Assembly (NCBI GenBank): GCA_902795865.1
Contig: CADBMV010000064.1
Span: 1 to 59,397 of the forward strand
Direction: 5' to 3'
DNA from: an uncultured Erysipelotrichaceae bacterium
GTDB lineage: Bacteria > Bacillota_I > Bacilli_A > Erysipelotrichales > Erysipelotrichaceae
DNA length: 59,397 bases
Below the pieces are notes generated by a model. It was not told the origin of the DNA, ran no database searches, and saw nothing but the letters and a program-made list of their open reading frames with translations. The stretch's first letter is position 1. Each line of letters begins with the position of its first letter. Shown here in pieces: positions 48,350 to 57,564 of the stretch. The translations under genes were made by a program, and so were the position numbers.

Positions 48350-49311
48350 ACTATTACTCCAGCTTTAACTATTTGTCTCCAGTCAACAACACCAATTAAC
48401 TTATCATTTTCATCTACTACTGGTAAGTTATTGATGTTTTTACTTCTGATAAATTTTAAAGCTTCAATAGCTAATTTATCTGAACTAATTCTTTTAGGAT
48501 TATTAGTCATAACATTCTTAACTTTTTCTGAATAAATATCTACTCTTTTTTCAATTACTCTTCTAAGATCTCCATCAGTTAAAATACCTTCAAGTTTATT
48601 ATTATCGTCCACCATACAGACAACACCTAATCCTTTATTAGTCATTTCTTTAATTGCGTCAACTAATAAAGAATTTGTATTTACACTTGGTAACTCTTTT
48701 CCATAAGCCATACAATCTTTAACTTTTAGAATTAATTTTTTACCTAAAGCTCCTGCAGGATGAAGCTTACCAAAATCTACATCTTTAAAATCATACATTT
48801 CTGAAGCTACTACTGCTAAGGCATCTCCATATACTAACTCTACTGTTGTAGAAGATGTAGGAGCCAAACCTAAATGACATGCTTCTTCAAATTCAGGTAA
48901 TACTTGAACTATATCAACATTTTTAGCTAAAGTAGATTCACTCTTGCCTGTAATCGCAATTATTTTGCAGCCAATCATTTTTATTGCAGGTAATATTTCT
49001 AGTATTTCACTAGACTCACCAGAATAAGAAATAATAATTACGACATCATTTTTAGAAACCATTCCTAAATCTCCATGCATAGCCTCTGCAGGATGAAGAT
49101 AGAATGATGGTGTTCCTAAACTTGAAAATGTTGCGGCAATCTTTTGAGCAATATGACCAGGTTTACCCATACCTGTCACAATAACTTTGCCTTCGCAATT
49201 AGATATTTCATCTAAAATATTCAAAAATGTTTCATTTAAAATATCTCTTGTCTTTTTAAGAGCTTCAATCTCAATATCAAATACTTTCTTAGCTTCATTT
49301 AATCTATCCAT
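48346..49311 (-). CDS. kdsD: Arabinose-5-phosphate isomerase (SIS + tandem CBS)
   Basis: 321 aa with VTGMGKPGHIAQKIAATFSSLGTPSFYLHPAEAMHGDLGM and two C-terminal CBS repeats. ATGA overlap with the kdsC fusion. Confidence 0.92.
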   Translation of the reverse strand: MDRLNEAKKVFDIEIEALKKTRDILNETFLNILDEISNCEGKVIVTGMGKPGHIAQKIAATFSSLGTPSFYLHPAEAMHGDLGMVSKNDVVIIISYSGESSEILEILPAIKMIGCKIIAITGKSESTLAKNVDIVQVLPEFEEACHLGLAPTSSTTVELVYGDALAVVASEMYDFKDVDFGKLHPAGALGKKLILKVKDCMAYGKELPSVNTNSLLVDAIKEMTNKGLGVVCMVDDNNKLEGILTDGDLRRVIEKRVDIYSEKVKNVMTNNPKRISSDKLAIEALKFIRSKNINNLPVVDENDKLIGVVDWRQIVKAGVIV

Positions 49312-49319
49312 ATTAACTC

Positions 49320-50096
49320 CTAATGAACTGCATCATATACTTTTATTACTCTTTCAAGTAATGCCTCAAATTCATCTAATTTAACCATATTAGGACCATC
49401 AGATAAAGCATTATCTGGGTCTGGATGTACCTCAAAAAATAATGCATCAGCTCCTGCAGCAACTGCAGCTTTAGCTAAAGGTTCCACATATTCTCTATTA
49501 CCACCAGTTACAGTTCCCTTACCACCTGGTTTTTGTACAGAATGGGTTGCATCAAACACTACAGGATAGCCTAGTTTCTTCATTTCATAAATGCCTGTCA
49601 TATCCACAACTAAAGTATTATAGCCAAAGCTATTTCCTCTTTCACAAAGCATTATATTTTTATTACCAGTTTCTTCTAACTTAGTAACTACATTCTTCAT
49701 ATCCCAAGGAGCTAAAAATTGTCCCTTTTTCACATTAATTAACTTACCAGTTTTACCAGCTGCTTCTAATAAATCTGTTTGTCTACATAAAAACGCAGGT
49801 ATTTGAAGCATATCACAGACTTCAGCTGCCTTTGATGCATGCCAAGGCTCATGTATATCAGTTACAATCTTTACACCAACTTCATCTTTAACTTTCTTTA
49901 GTATTTTTAAACCTTCTTCAATACCAGGCCCTCTAAAAGAAGTAATAGAAGTTCTATTAGCTTTATCAAAAGATGATTTAAAATATAAATCTAAATCTAA
50001 CTTATCAGCTATTTCTTTTAATCTTTTAGCTTCTTTTAATACTAACTGTTCAGATTCTATTACACATGGTCCTGCAATAAGTATAAACTTAGCCAT
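49320..50096 (-). CDS. kdsA: 3-deoxy-D-manno-octulosonate 8-phosphate synthase, metal-dependent type
   Basis: 258 aa with [10 protein letters not shown] (Cys at the metal-ligand position), [18 protein letters not shown] and [22 protein letters not shown] upstream. Confidence 0.95.
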   Translation of the reverse strand: MAKFILIAGPCVIESEQLVLKEAKRLKEIADKLDLDLYFKSSFDKANRTSITSFRGPGIEEGLKILKKVKDEVGVKIVTDIHEPWHASKAAEVCDMLQIPAFLCRQTDLLEAAGKTGKLINVKKGQFLAPWDMKNVVTKLEETGNKNIMLCERGNSFGYNTLVVDMTGIYEMKKLGYPVVFDATHSVQKPGGKGTVTGGNREYVEPLAKAAVAAGADALFFEVHPDPDNALSDGPNMVKLDEFEALLERVIKVYDAVH

Positions 50097-50832
50097 AAAT
50101 GACCTCCATTAATTCTTCCACTTCTTTAACTTGTTCAGGAGTATCAACTCCTACAGTATGATATTTAGTTTCTTTAACTTTAATTTTATATCCATTTTCT
50201 ATAGCACGTAATTGTTCTAAGGATTCAGATAACTCAAGTTCAGATTTATCCATCTTAGAATATTTCATCAAAAACCACTTCTTATAACCATAAGCACCTA
50301 TATGCTTATAATGATTGGTTTTTCTATTTTCGTCTCTTTCATAAGGAATAGTAAATCTAGAAAAATATATAGCATCATGATTAATATCATCTATTACTTT
50401 TACTACATTAGGATTATCTAATTCTTCCTTCTTATCAATTAATACTTTTAAAGTTCCAAAATAAACATCTTTATCTTCAAAAACTGAAACTAGATCTTCA
50501 ATCATTTCTTTTCTAAAAGTAGGCTCATCCCCTTGAATATTCAAAATGATATCTTCATCATCTAATTTCAATATTTCAGCACATTCCGCAAGTCTATCTG
50601 TTCCACAGGTATGCTTATCAGAAGTCATCAATGCTTTACCATTAAATGATTCAACACAATCATATATTCTAGAATCATCTGTAGCTACATAAACTTCATC
50701 AACTTTATCGCACTTCAAAGCATTTTCATAAACCCATTCAATCATAGGTTTTCCTGAAATAATAGCTAAAGGCTTACCAGGAAACCTAGTAGAACCATAT
50801 CTAGCAGGTATAATTACAATAGTTTTCATCAT
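50089..50832 (-). CDS. kdsB: CMP-Kdo synthetase (3-deoxy-manno-octulosonate cytidylyltransferase)
   Basis: 247 aa with [17 protein letters not shown] and NIQGDEP. Confidence 0.93.
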   Translation of the reverse strand: MMKTIVIIPARYGSTRFPGKPLAIISGKPMIEWVYENALKCDKVDEVYVATDDSRIYDCVESFNGKALMTSDKHTCGTDRLAECAEILKLDDEDIILNIQGDEPTFRKEMIEDLVSVFEDKDVYFGTLKVLIDKKEELDNPNVVKVIDDINHDAIYFSRFTIPYERDENRKTNHYKHIGAYGYKKWFLMKYSKMDKSELELSESLEQLRAIENGYKIKVKETKYHTVGVDTPEQVKEVEELMEVIYG

Positions 50833-50837
50833 TAATA

Positions 50838-50866
50838 ATTATAAAATATATATATTAAATAGACAA
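50838..50866 (-). promoter_or_regulatory. Candidate promoter of the kds operon, -10 only 5 nt from the ATG
   Basis: On the minus strand: TTGTCT (50866-61), 17 nt spacer, TATAAT (50843-38), tatta, ATGATG. No SD is present. It sits immediately downstream of the terminator hairpin. Confidence 0.4.
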
Positions 50867-50887
50867 AAATCACCATTTAGGTGATTT
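50867..50887 (-). terminator. Intrinsic terminator after the 529-aa membrane-protein gene
   Basis: On the minus strand: AAATCACC-taaat-GGTGATTT, followed by TTGTCTATTT. The left arm overlaps the TAA stop. Confidence 0.55.
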
Positions 50888-52475
50888 ATGATGTTAAGGA
50901 TTTTAATTGTTCATAGCTATCGAAGATATATAAAGTTCTATAGCCATCATTATACTTAATAAATCTGCTTACATCTTGCTTAAACTTAACTTCTTCATAA
51001 TCTTCTTTAATTAAGAATAAATATACTTTGCCTGTTGCATGTCTAGTTCTGTGTTCTTTAGATTGCAACCACACTGCAATATCATCAATATTACCATTTC
51101 TAAATACCCAAGTTTCAATTTCGCCATTAGATAATTCTGTAAGTATATTATTACCAGACCAGTGATCTTGAGAGTATCCATTATAACAATTATTCTTAAT
51201 CAAAATATCTCTTATTTCTGGCATTATTGCATATGGATTATTATCAGCTCTATAACGTATTTGAAATCTTGTATTTATAGCTAAAAACATCACCACAAGC
51301 ATAAGCATTATACATTTTTGCCAATCAATTTTAAATCTACTTAAAAAGATTCCTACAATAAATGCACTATATACTGATACAGGTAATAAATATCTATCTC
51401 GATACCAAGTATCAGTAAATGTGAATAATAAACTTATTATTAATGCTGCAACAATAAAATACATTAATATAAACTTTTCATATTTCTCATATTCTTTATA
51501 TTTCATAATCATATGAATTAAAGCAAAATTAAATATCACAAAGAATAAAGCAAATAATGGTTTAATAATTATTTGAATTGGAATAAACGCAAATAAGTGA
51601 TCAGCTTGATAACCTAAAGCATATAACCAACCATTTATTACTGTAGCTAGTTGTTCAAAAGTAAATGGTGCATAGAATACTTCTAATCCTCCAGATTGGA
51701 AAGAATATCCCAAGTTTCTTAATACCTTGCCATTAATTAAAGCACCTATAAATCCTGCAGCAAAAGTTAAAATTGCAATTACTATTAATTCAACATATTC
51801 TTTCTTAAATTCAAATTTACCTTCTTTTAAATTATCTAATTGATTAAAGAAGTAATACATAACAGCTGCAACTACCACAGGCATATAAGTCAAGAATACT
51901 AGTCTTGCTCCTTCTAAACCTGCTCCTAATGCCAATAACATCAATACAACACTTTTAATTATCTTTTTATTTCTGTTTAATTCTGAATGAATAGATATTA
52001 ATAAACCCATAGACAAAAAAGATATAACAATATGCGGTATATAACATGAATCCAAAGTTACTACCTTGTAATAATCTTTAGATATTGTTCCTACAATCAT
52101 AAAGCCAATCCAAGGAATGTGTTTCATATTTAATTGTCTTGCAAGATAGTAATAACTTAAAAACAAGATAATAATTAATATACCCATACCTACCATTCTT
52201 ACTGTTAGCCAATTATCAGTAATTAAAAATAAAGGCATGAATATTAAATTAGTATTTAATACTCTAATTTCTGTTGAATAATACCAGTTTTTAGAAATAA
52301 TTGCTTTTTCACTAGCCAATAATTTAGCTAATACAAGTTCACTAGACATATCAGATTCCATTGAATAATATAATCTAGGATAGATCTGAAACATCATATA
52401 TACAAAAAACAAAGCCAATACAATATAGCCTATTAAATCAGAGTGTTTCTTAAAATAATCAAAGTATTTTTTCAT
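50886..52475 (-). CDS. GT-C-like polytopic membrane protein with C-terminal soluble domain
   Basis: 529 aa. Acidic loop MESDMSSELV after TM1, about 12 TM helices, and a ~130-aa C-terminal domain. No specific family recognised. Confidence 0.5.
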   Translation of the reverse strand: MKKYFDYFKKHSDLIGYIVLALFFVYMMFQIYPRLYYSMESDMSSELVLAKLLASEKAIISKNWYYSTEIRVLNTNLIFMPLFLITDNWLTVRMVGMGILIIILFLSYYYLARQLNMKHIPWIGFMIVGTISKDYYKVVTLDSCYIPHIVISFLSMGLLISIHSELNRNKKIIKSVVLMLLALGAGLEGARLVFLTYMPVVVAAVMYYFFNQLDNLKEGKFEFKKEYVELIVIAILTFAAGFIGALINGKVLRNLGYSFQSGGLEVFYAPFTFEQLATVINGWLYALGYQADHLFAFIPIQIIIKPLFALFFVIFNFALIHMIMKYKEYEKYEKFILMYFIVAALIISLLFTFTDTWYRDRYLLPVSVYSAFIVGIFLSRFKIDWQKCIMLMLVVMFLAINTRFQIRYRADNNPYAIMPEIRDILIKNNCYNGYSQDHWSGNNILTELSNGEIETWVFRNGNIDDIAVWLQSKEHRTRHATGKVYLFLIKEDYEEVKFKQDVSRFIKYNDGYRTLYIFDSYEQLKSLTS

Positions 52476-52476
52476 C

Positions 52477-54306
52477 TTAATTAAACTCCTTTAAAGCTAT
52501 ATTTCCACTAGTATTAATAACTTTATATATAGTTTCATCTTTATAATTATTTCCATCATTTAATGATGAAAAATAATTATTAAAAGTATCACTGGATTCA
52601 ACCACATAAATATAATCATATTGACTTAATTCTTTAATTGCTTCATTTACTTCGTTATTATTTTTATACTCATTCTTATAAAAATCAGTATTTACTTTAC
52701 ACAAATAAATATCATCTAAATAATATGAAACAAATGCTGGATATGAATCAGCAATATCATGATTATAAAGAATATATACATATGATCCTTTTTCTAATTT
52801 ATCTTCAAATTTTTGTGCTAATTGTTCATACTTAGTAAATCTGTTTCCTAAAATAACTTGTGGGACAAAATTAAGTAGTTTATTTGAATCAAATAGTACT
52901 AATACTAGTAATACTCCTATAAAAGCTTTCTTTAAATCAAAACTATTTAATCTATCTTTAAATGTAAGTATGTACATAAATAAAATACTAATGAATAGAC
53001 CTGTAGTCATACTAGATAAATAACGATGATATGAAATTAAGATTAAAGCTTCTCTTTCTGGATAACAGAATACATATAATATCATCATCATAAAAGCATA
53101 ACCAGCTGTACCTAAAATACAAACTAATTCAAATTTACTAATATTAATATCATCATTAAATCTCTTTAATACTTCTAATAATAATAATTCAACTAATAAT
53201 GATGATAAGAATGTCATAGGTATTGGATAGTTATATAAGTTTTCTTTAAATAATGCATTTATATATAACTTTAAAGCTTCAAATTGATATGAATCAGGAT
53301 TATTTAATACATTAATAAAACCATTAATACTAACTTTAGATAAGTCAAATTGTTTAACTATATCATATGGTTTTATTAATTGATTCCACAATAAATAAAA
53401 ACCTAATGGTAATAATATACTCAACACAAAACCAATTAATACATTTTTATTATTAAGTCTTTTAATATTTACAATTAAATAATAAAAGATTCCTAGTAAT
53501 ACAAAAGCTATACCAACTTGTTTAGTCATGATTATTGATACAAGTCCTAAACATAAACCTAACAAACCTAGAATGTTGTCAGATTCATAGGTATAGATAA
53601 GATAGATACAATAGACAAATTCTAGACCAATTAATGTATCAGTATAAATAGTATTGAATACATTAGCACTATCTAGATACATTACTATTCCAATAAAAGC
53701 TATAGCTATTAAAAAGTTGATTAAAACTTTTTCTAATTTTTTCTTATCATTAAATAAATCATCTATAAACAAAGGTAATAATAAGCCAAATTCATACATA
53801 TGAAGTCCAACAGTACAACTTGCTTCATTAAAACCTAACGCTAATTTACACCATAATAGTTCAAATAAAGGTATAAAAGGTGGATAATCATTGTGACCTC
53901 TTAAACTTGATTCATTTAAATAATAAAACTTATCAAGTCTAAACATTTCTTTAACCATCTTTCCCCAAAAACCAAGTTCATCATCCCAGAAGAAGTGTCT
54001 GCCAAAATTAATAAACATAAATATAATAGCTAAACATATAAATACATATAAACCGTTAGTTAATACATATTCTTTTCTATCTTTATGTTTATATAAACAA
54101 TAAGCACTAAATATACATAAAACTAATAACAAATAAAACCCAATATTAAACGTCCTAAATAATAATTGGCTTATAAACATTATTAAAATAGACATTAAAA
54201 AACTAATTGGTAACATAAAACCAAATTTTCTCTTAAATAGAGTAGAAAAGCCTCCATTTAAGATGATAAAGAATATAACAGGTAATAAGTTTAATAATAC
54301 TTTCAT
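52477..54306 (-). CDS. GT-C-like polytopic membrane protein with C-terminal soluble domain
   Basis: 609 aa. Acidic loop FFWDDELGFWGK, about 14 TM helices, and a ~130-aa C-terminal domain. Its stop is 1 nt before the next gene. Confidence 0.5.
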   Translation of the reverse strand: MKVLLNLLPVIFFIILNGGFSTLFKRKFGFMLPISFLMSILIMFISQLLFRTFNIGFYLLLVLCIFSAYCLYKHKDRKEYVLTNGLYVFICLAIIFMFINFGRHFFWDDELGFWGKMVKEMFRLDKFYYLNESSLRGHNDYPPFIPLFELLWCKLALGFNEASCTVGLHMYEFGLLLPLFIDDLFNDKKKLEKVLINFLIAIAFIGIVMYLDSANVFNTIYTDTLIGLEFVYCIYLIYTYESDNILGLLGLCLGLVSIIMTKQVGIAFVLLGIFYYLIVNIKRLNNKNVLIGFVLSILLPLGFYLLWNQLIKPYDIVKQFDLSKVSINGFINVLNNPDSYQFEALKLYINALFKENLYNYPIPMTFLSSLLVELLLLEVLKRFNDDINISKFELVCILGTAGYAFMMMILYVFCYPEREALILISYHRYLSSMTTGLFISILFMYILTFKDRLNSFDLKKAFIGVLLVLVLFDSNKLLNFVPQVILGNRFTKYEQLAQKFEDKLEKGSYVYILYNHDIADSYPAFVSYYLDDIYLCKVNTDFYKNEYKNNNEVNEAIKELSQYDYIYVVESSDTFNNYFSSLNDGNNYKDETIYKVINTSGNIALKEFN

Positions 54307-54347
54307 GCGTATTAAATTATATAATAATAATCACAAATAATCATTTA

Positions 54348-55529
54348 TTATAGTTCGTCCATCAATAAAAAGTCTTTTAATTTATAGTGATAGATCGTAC
54401 TTGTTGAAAAATCAATATCATCATTAGTTATTATTATTTTCTTAACAGTATTATCAATATCCTTGAAAGCAGAAAATTCTCTTTTGTATGTTTTTTCATC
54501 TACAACACTATAAGCAACTTGAACCATATATATTTTTCCATCTTTTGAAGCTCTAAAGTCGATTTCATGATTTTTGTTTTGAAAAACTGTTACTTCATAG
54601 CCTCTATACAACAACTCATTATAAACAATGTTTTCCATATTATGAGTTAAATCATAACGATTATCAATGGTTCTTATACTATTAAAAGATACATCTTCGT
54701 TATACAACTTATAATAATAGTTCATTTTTGATTTTGTTTTATTAGAATACAAAGGAACATTTGATATTACGTAGGCTTCTTCTAGATATGCTAGGTATTT
54801 AATAACTGTAGGAACTGAAACTTTGACATTTTGACTTTTCATGTAATCACTTATTGATTTTGCGCTAACAATACGAGAATTTGAAACTAGTATGTAATCA
54901 ACAACTCTTTCAAATACATCTTTTTTACGGATGTTATATCTGTTTTCTAAATCATTATAAATAATAGTGTTGTTCAAATCGTTTAAATAAATCTTTAAGG
55001 ATTCTAATTCTTTTTGATTTAAAGATGCAGGAAAACCACCCCAAACAAGATAATCACTAACTTTATAGTCTTCTTGTATCTGTTTTGAATATTCAAGTGC
55101 TTCTTTATATACAAATGGTCTAATTCTAAAAGATACATATCTTCCAGATAATTCTTTTGTAAATTCACGAGATAGTAGTTTTGAATTGCTTCCACTAATA
55201 AATATTGAACAATTTAAGAGTCTTAAAGTTCTACAAGCATCATTCCATCCATCAATATTTTGAACTTCATCTAAAAAAAGATACAGCTTCTTAGAATTGA
55301 TATGTTTCTCAACAAACGCAATTAATTCATCTGCATTTGAAATAATAGTTCTGTTTGTTTTTAATTCAAAATCAATAAAAAGACATTCCTTATTATCAGT
55401 TTTAATTTCTTCCATAATCTGTTTTAAAATAACTGATTTTCCAGATCTTCTTATTCCTGTAATTATTTTTATTAAGTCACTATCATAAAATGGACGTATT
55501 TTAGATATATATTGTTCTCTTTTAATCAC
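54348..55529 (-). CDS. AAA-type ATPase with DUF4143-like C-terminal region (COG1373-type), function unknown
   Basis: 393 aa with a GTG start. Walker A is ITGIRRSGKSV and Walker B is LYLFLDEVQ. It is the only gene in the window with no envelope-glycan link. Confidence 0.78.
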   Translation of the reverse strand: MIKREQYISKIRPFYDSDLIKIITGIRRSGKSVILKQIMEEIKTDNKECLFIDFELKTNRTIISNADELIAFVEKHINSKKLYLFLDEVQNIDGWNDACRTLRLLNCSIFISGSNSKLLSREFTKELSGRYVSFRIRPFVYKEALEYSKQIQEDYKVSDYLVWGGFPASLNQKELESLKIYLNDLNNTIIYNDLENRYNIRKKDVFERVVDYILVSNSRIVSAKSISDYMKSQNVKVSVPTVIKYLAYLEEAYVISNVPLYSNKTKSKMNYYYKLYNEDVSFNSIRTIDNRYDLTHNMENIVYNELLYRGYEVTVFQNKNHEIDFRASKDGKIYMVQVAYSVVDEKTYKREFSAFKDIDNTVKKIIITNDDIDFSTSTIYHYKLKDFLLMDEL

Positions 55530-55536
55530 TATCGTT

Positions 55537-55565
55537 ATTATACTTTAAGAATTTAGATATTTCAA
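55537..55565 (-). promoter_or_regulatory. Candidate sigma-A promoter of the ATPase gene
   Basis: On the minus strand: TTGAAA (55565-60), exactly 17 nt spacer, TATAAT (55542-37), 7 nt, GTG (55529). No SD is present. Confidence 0.45.
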
Positions 55566-55582
55566 TATTTTCTTTAATTATT

Positions 55583-55620
55583 ACTTTAAGATTTTTTAAT
55601 TTTATGTAAAATCTTAAAGT
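55583..55620. repeat. Perfect 13-bp inverted repeat with 12-nt spacer, in the intergenic region
   Basis: ACTTTAAGATTTT (55583-95), ttaattttatgt, AAAATCTTAAAGT (55608-20). A third near-identical half-site, ACTTTAAGAATTT, lies at 55542-54 and overlaps the candidate promoter's -10 and spacer. No flanking T-tract is present. Confidence 0.6.
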
Positions 55621-55624
55621 AGCA

Positions 55625-57160
55625 TTATTTACTCACAAAGAAAGATCTTTCAGATATATATTCATAATTATTATATTGAGGAAGTAATTTCATTACTTCA
55701 TTCATATAAGAATCATCTATGCCGATTAAAGCTATCATTACATTATCTGTATCAATAAAACTACTTAAATCATATTTATCAATATTATCAATATTTATAA
55801 AAGTTAATCCCTTGTATTTAGTTAATTCTTGACTAGATACTTGAATACGCCATGGTTCTTCATCATCATATATACATATGCAATCATTTTCCTTATAAGG
55901 GTTTAATAAATCAAAACCTGGCTTTTTTCTTCTATATAGATATTGCCAACCATTACCAAAAAAGCTTATTAAAGTCATTATCACAATAAAACTAATACTG
56001 ATTATTTTAAACTTTTTATCATCTACTAATTTCTTAAGCATTAATAGTAATGGAGTTAATACTCCTGCATATACAATGGCATATATTGCACTCACATATC
56101 TTTCTTCATTATATGGAGCAGATTTAGCACTTACTAAGAAATAAATAATGCTAGGTATGAATATTATTCCATAATACAGAATATGTGTTCTATCAATATT
56201 TAATTTGTTTCTATTTTTAAGCATTATAAACATTACAATTAAACAAACAATAATTAATAATGTAATTCTTCCAAACATGAATCTATCAAAGAAGCCATAG
56301 AAGTCACTTATTCTTTGAATTAAATCAGATAAATTAAATAAATTACCTATAGATTCTCCACCTCTACCAGCACCAAAGACATGGACAATAATTCTTGGGA
56401 AAAAGCCTATTGCGCATGCTGCAGCAATAGCCATAGATACAATTAAATATAAAACATCTTTCCACTTTTTATGTATTAATAAATATACTCCATAAGTTGT
56501 ACATATAAGTGCAGAAAAGATTAATGTTCCATAATGAGTCATAGAAGAAAACCACACTACAAAACTAGCTAATGCATAGAATTTAATCCCTCTATCTTTC
56601 TTTAATTGCCACATAAATAAATATGTAAGTAAAGTAGTTAAGAATATACACATTACATACATTCTAAAGAAAGTAGTTTCTGATAGAATTGCGGCACAGA
56701 ATACAAATCCCCATGATAATAATCTAAAAATGAATTTATCATTTGTAAGAAGCTTTAAAATCATCCTAAACACAAACAAAGTAGCACATGCGAAAAAGAT
56801 ATTAACTATACCAGCTTGCCACCTAGAAAAAGATCTAGGAATTAATCCACAAATAATATGAATAATAAAATAATAAAAAGGTGGATGTGAATCATTTCTT
56901 TGATTGATATATGGAATAGATAAAGCTCTTAAATTACCAGGTTGTACAGATAAATAATCATAATAGAATTCCATAGGTTCTTTTTTAACACCTTCATCAG
57001 GAATCATAAAATATGGACCTGCATGATTACTAAGAGCGTATGTTAAAGTTTCATCTAAGTGATAAAACACTTTAAAAGAAATAAGCGTTACCATTAACGC
57101 TATAAATACTACATATAATAAACAATCTTCTAACTTAATATTCTTAATTAACTTTTTCAT
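55625..57160 (-). CDS. GT-C glycosyltransferase, ArnT/PMT-like (GT83/GT39-type)
   Basis: 511 aa. The DE motif in FYHLDETLTYAL follows TM1 directly. About 12 TM helices are followed by a ~110-aa C-terminal domain. AGGGA SD upstream; it overlaps the upstream gene by 17 nt. Confidence 0.68.
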   Translation of the reverse strand: MKKLIKNIKLEDCLLYVVFIALMVTLISFKVFYHLDETLTYALSNHAGPYFMIPDEGVKKEPMEFYYDYLSVQPGNLRALSIPYINQRNDSHPPFYYFIIHIICGLIPRSFSRWQAGIVNIFFACATLFVFRMILKLLTNDKFIFRLLSWGFVFCAAILSETTFFRMYVMCIFLTTLLTYLFMWQLKKDRGIKFYALASFVVWFSSMTHYGTLIFSALICTTYGVYLLIHKKWKDVLYLIVSMAIAAACAIGFFPRIIVHVFGAGRGGESIGNLFNLSDLIQRISDFYGFFDRFMFGRITLLIIVCLIVMFIMLKNRNKLNIDRTHILYYGIIFIPSIIYFLVSAKSAPYNEERYVSAIYAIVYAGVLTPLLLMLKKLVDDKKFKIISISFIVIMTLISFFGNGWQYLYRRKKPGFDLLNPYKENDCICIYDDEEPWRIQVSSQELTKYKGLTFINIDNIDKYDLSSFIDTDNVMIALIGIDDSYMNEVMKLLPQYNNYEYISERSFFVSK

Positions 57161-57563
57161 TCATTTCCCTTAAATATTCATCAAAATCTCTTATATATTC
57201 TTTACCATCATAATGTGTACTAGCTAATACAAGTAAAACTGAATCATAAGAAAAATCATACATATCTTTCCATACCATCTTAGGTATATAAACACCCATC
57301 ATTGGTTTATTTAATTCAACAATGAATTCTTCATTACCATCAGCAATTCTAACTTTACTAGTTCCTGCAACATTAATTAATACAAATTCAGATTCTCTAT
57401 TAGCATGTTGCCCTCTTATAACTTCGTTGTCGGAACCGTATATATAGAAAACTCTTTTAATTTCAAAAGGAATAGACTCATTACCTTCTATTACTACTAA
57501 CTTACCTCTTTCATCACCTAAATCATTAAATTCAAGTATTGTACATTTATCTTTTAAACTCAT
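57144..57563 (-). CDS. FdtA/WxcM-like sugar 3,4-ketoisomerase (cupin)
   Basis: The track starts at TTG 57575; I prefer the ATG at 57563 (MSLKDK), which has GAAGG 8 nt upstream. Motifs are FNDLGDERGKLVVIE, IKRVFYIYG and RGQHANRESEFVLINVAGT. Confidence 0.8.
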   Translation of the reverse strand: MSLKDKCTILEFNDLGDERGKLVVIEGNESIPFEIKRVFYIYGSDNEVIRGQHANRESEFVLINVAGTSKVRIADGNEEFIVELNKPMMGVYIPKMVWKDMYDFSYDSVLLVLASTHYDGKEYIRDFDEYLREMNEKVN

Positions 57564-57564
57564 A

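Noticed and set aside
54348-55529. The AAA ATPase interpreted as part of a mobile element or defence island.
   Set aside because: No integrase, transposase, toxin or nuclease partner, flanking direct repeats or tRNA target are visible. A single gene is insufficient evidence. It is kept only as a low-interest finding.
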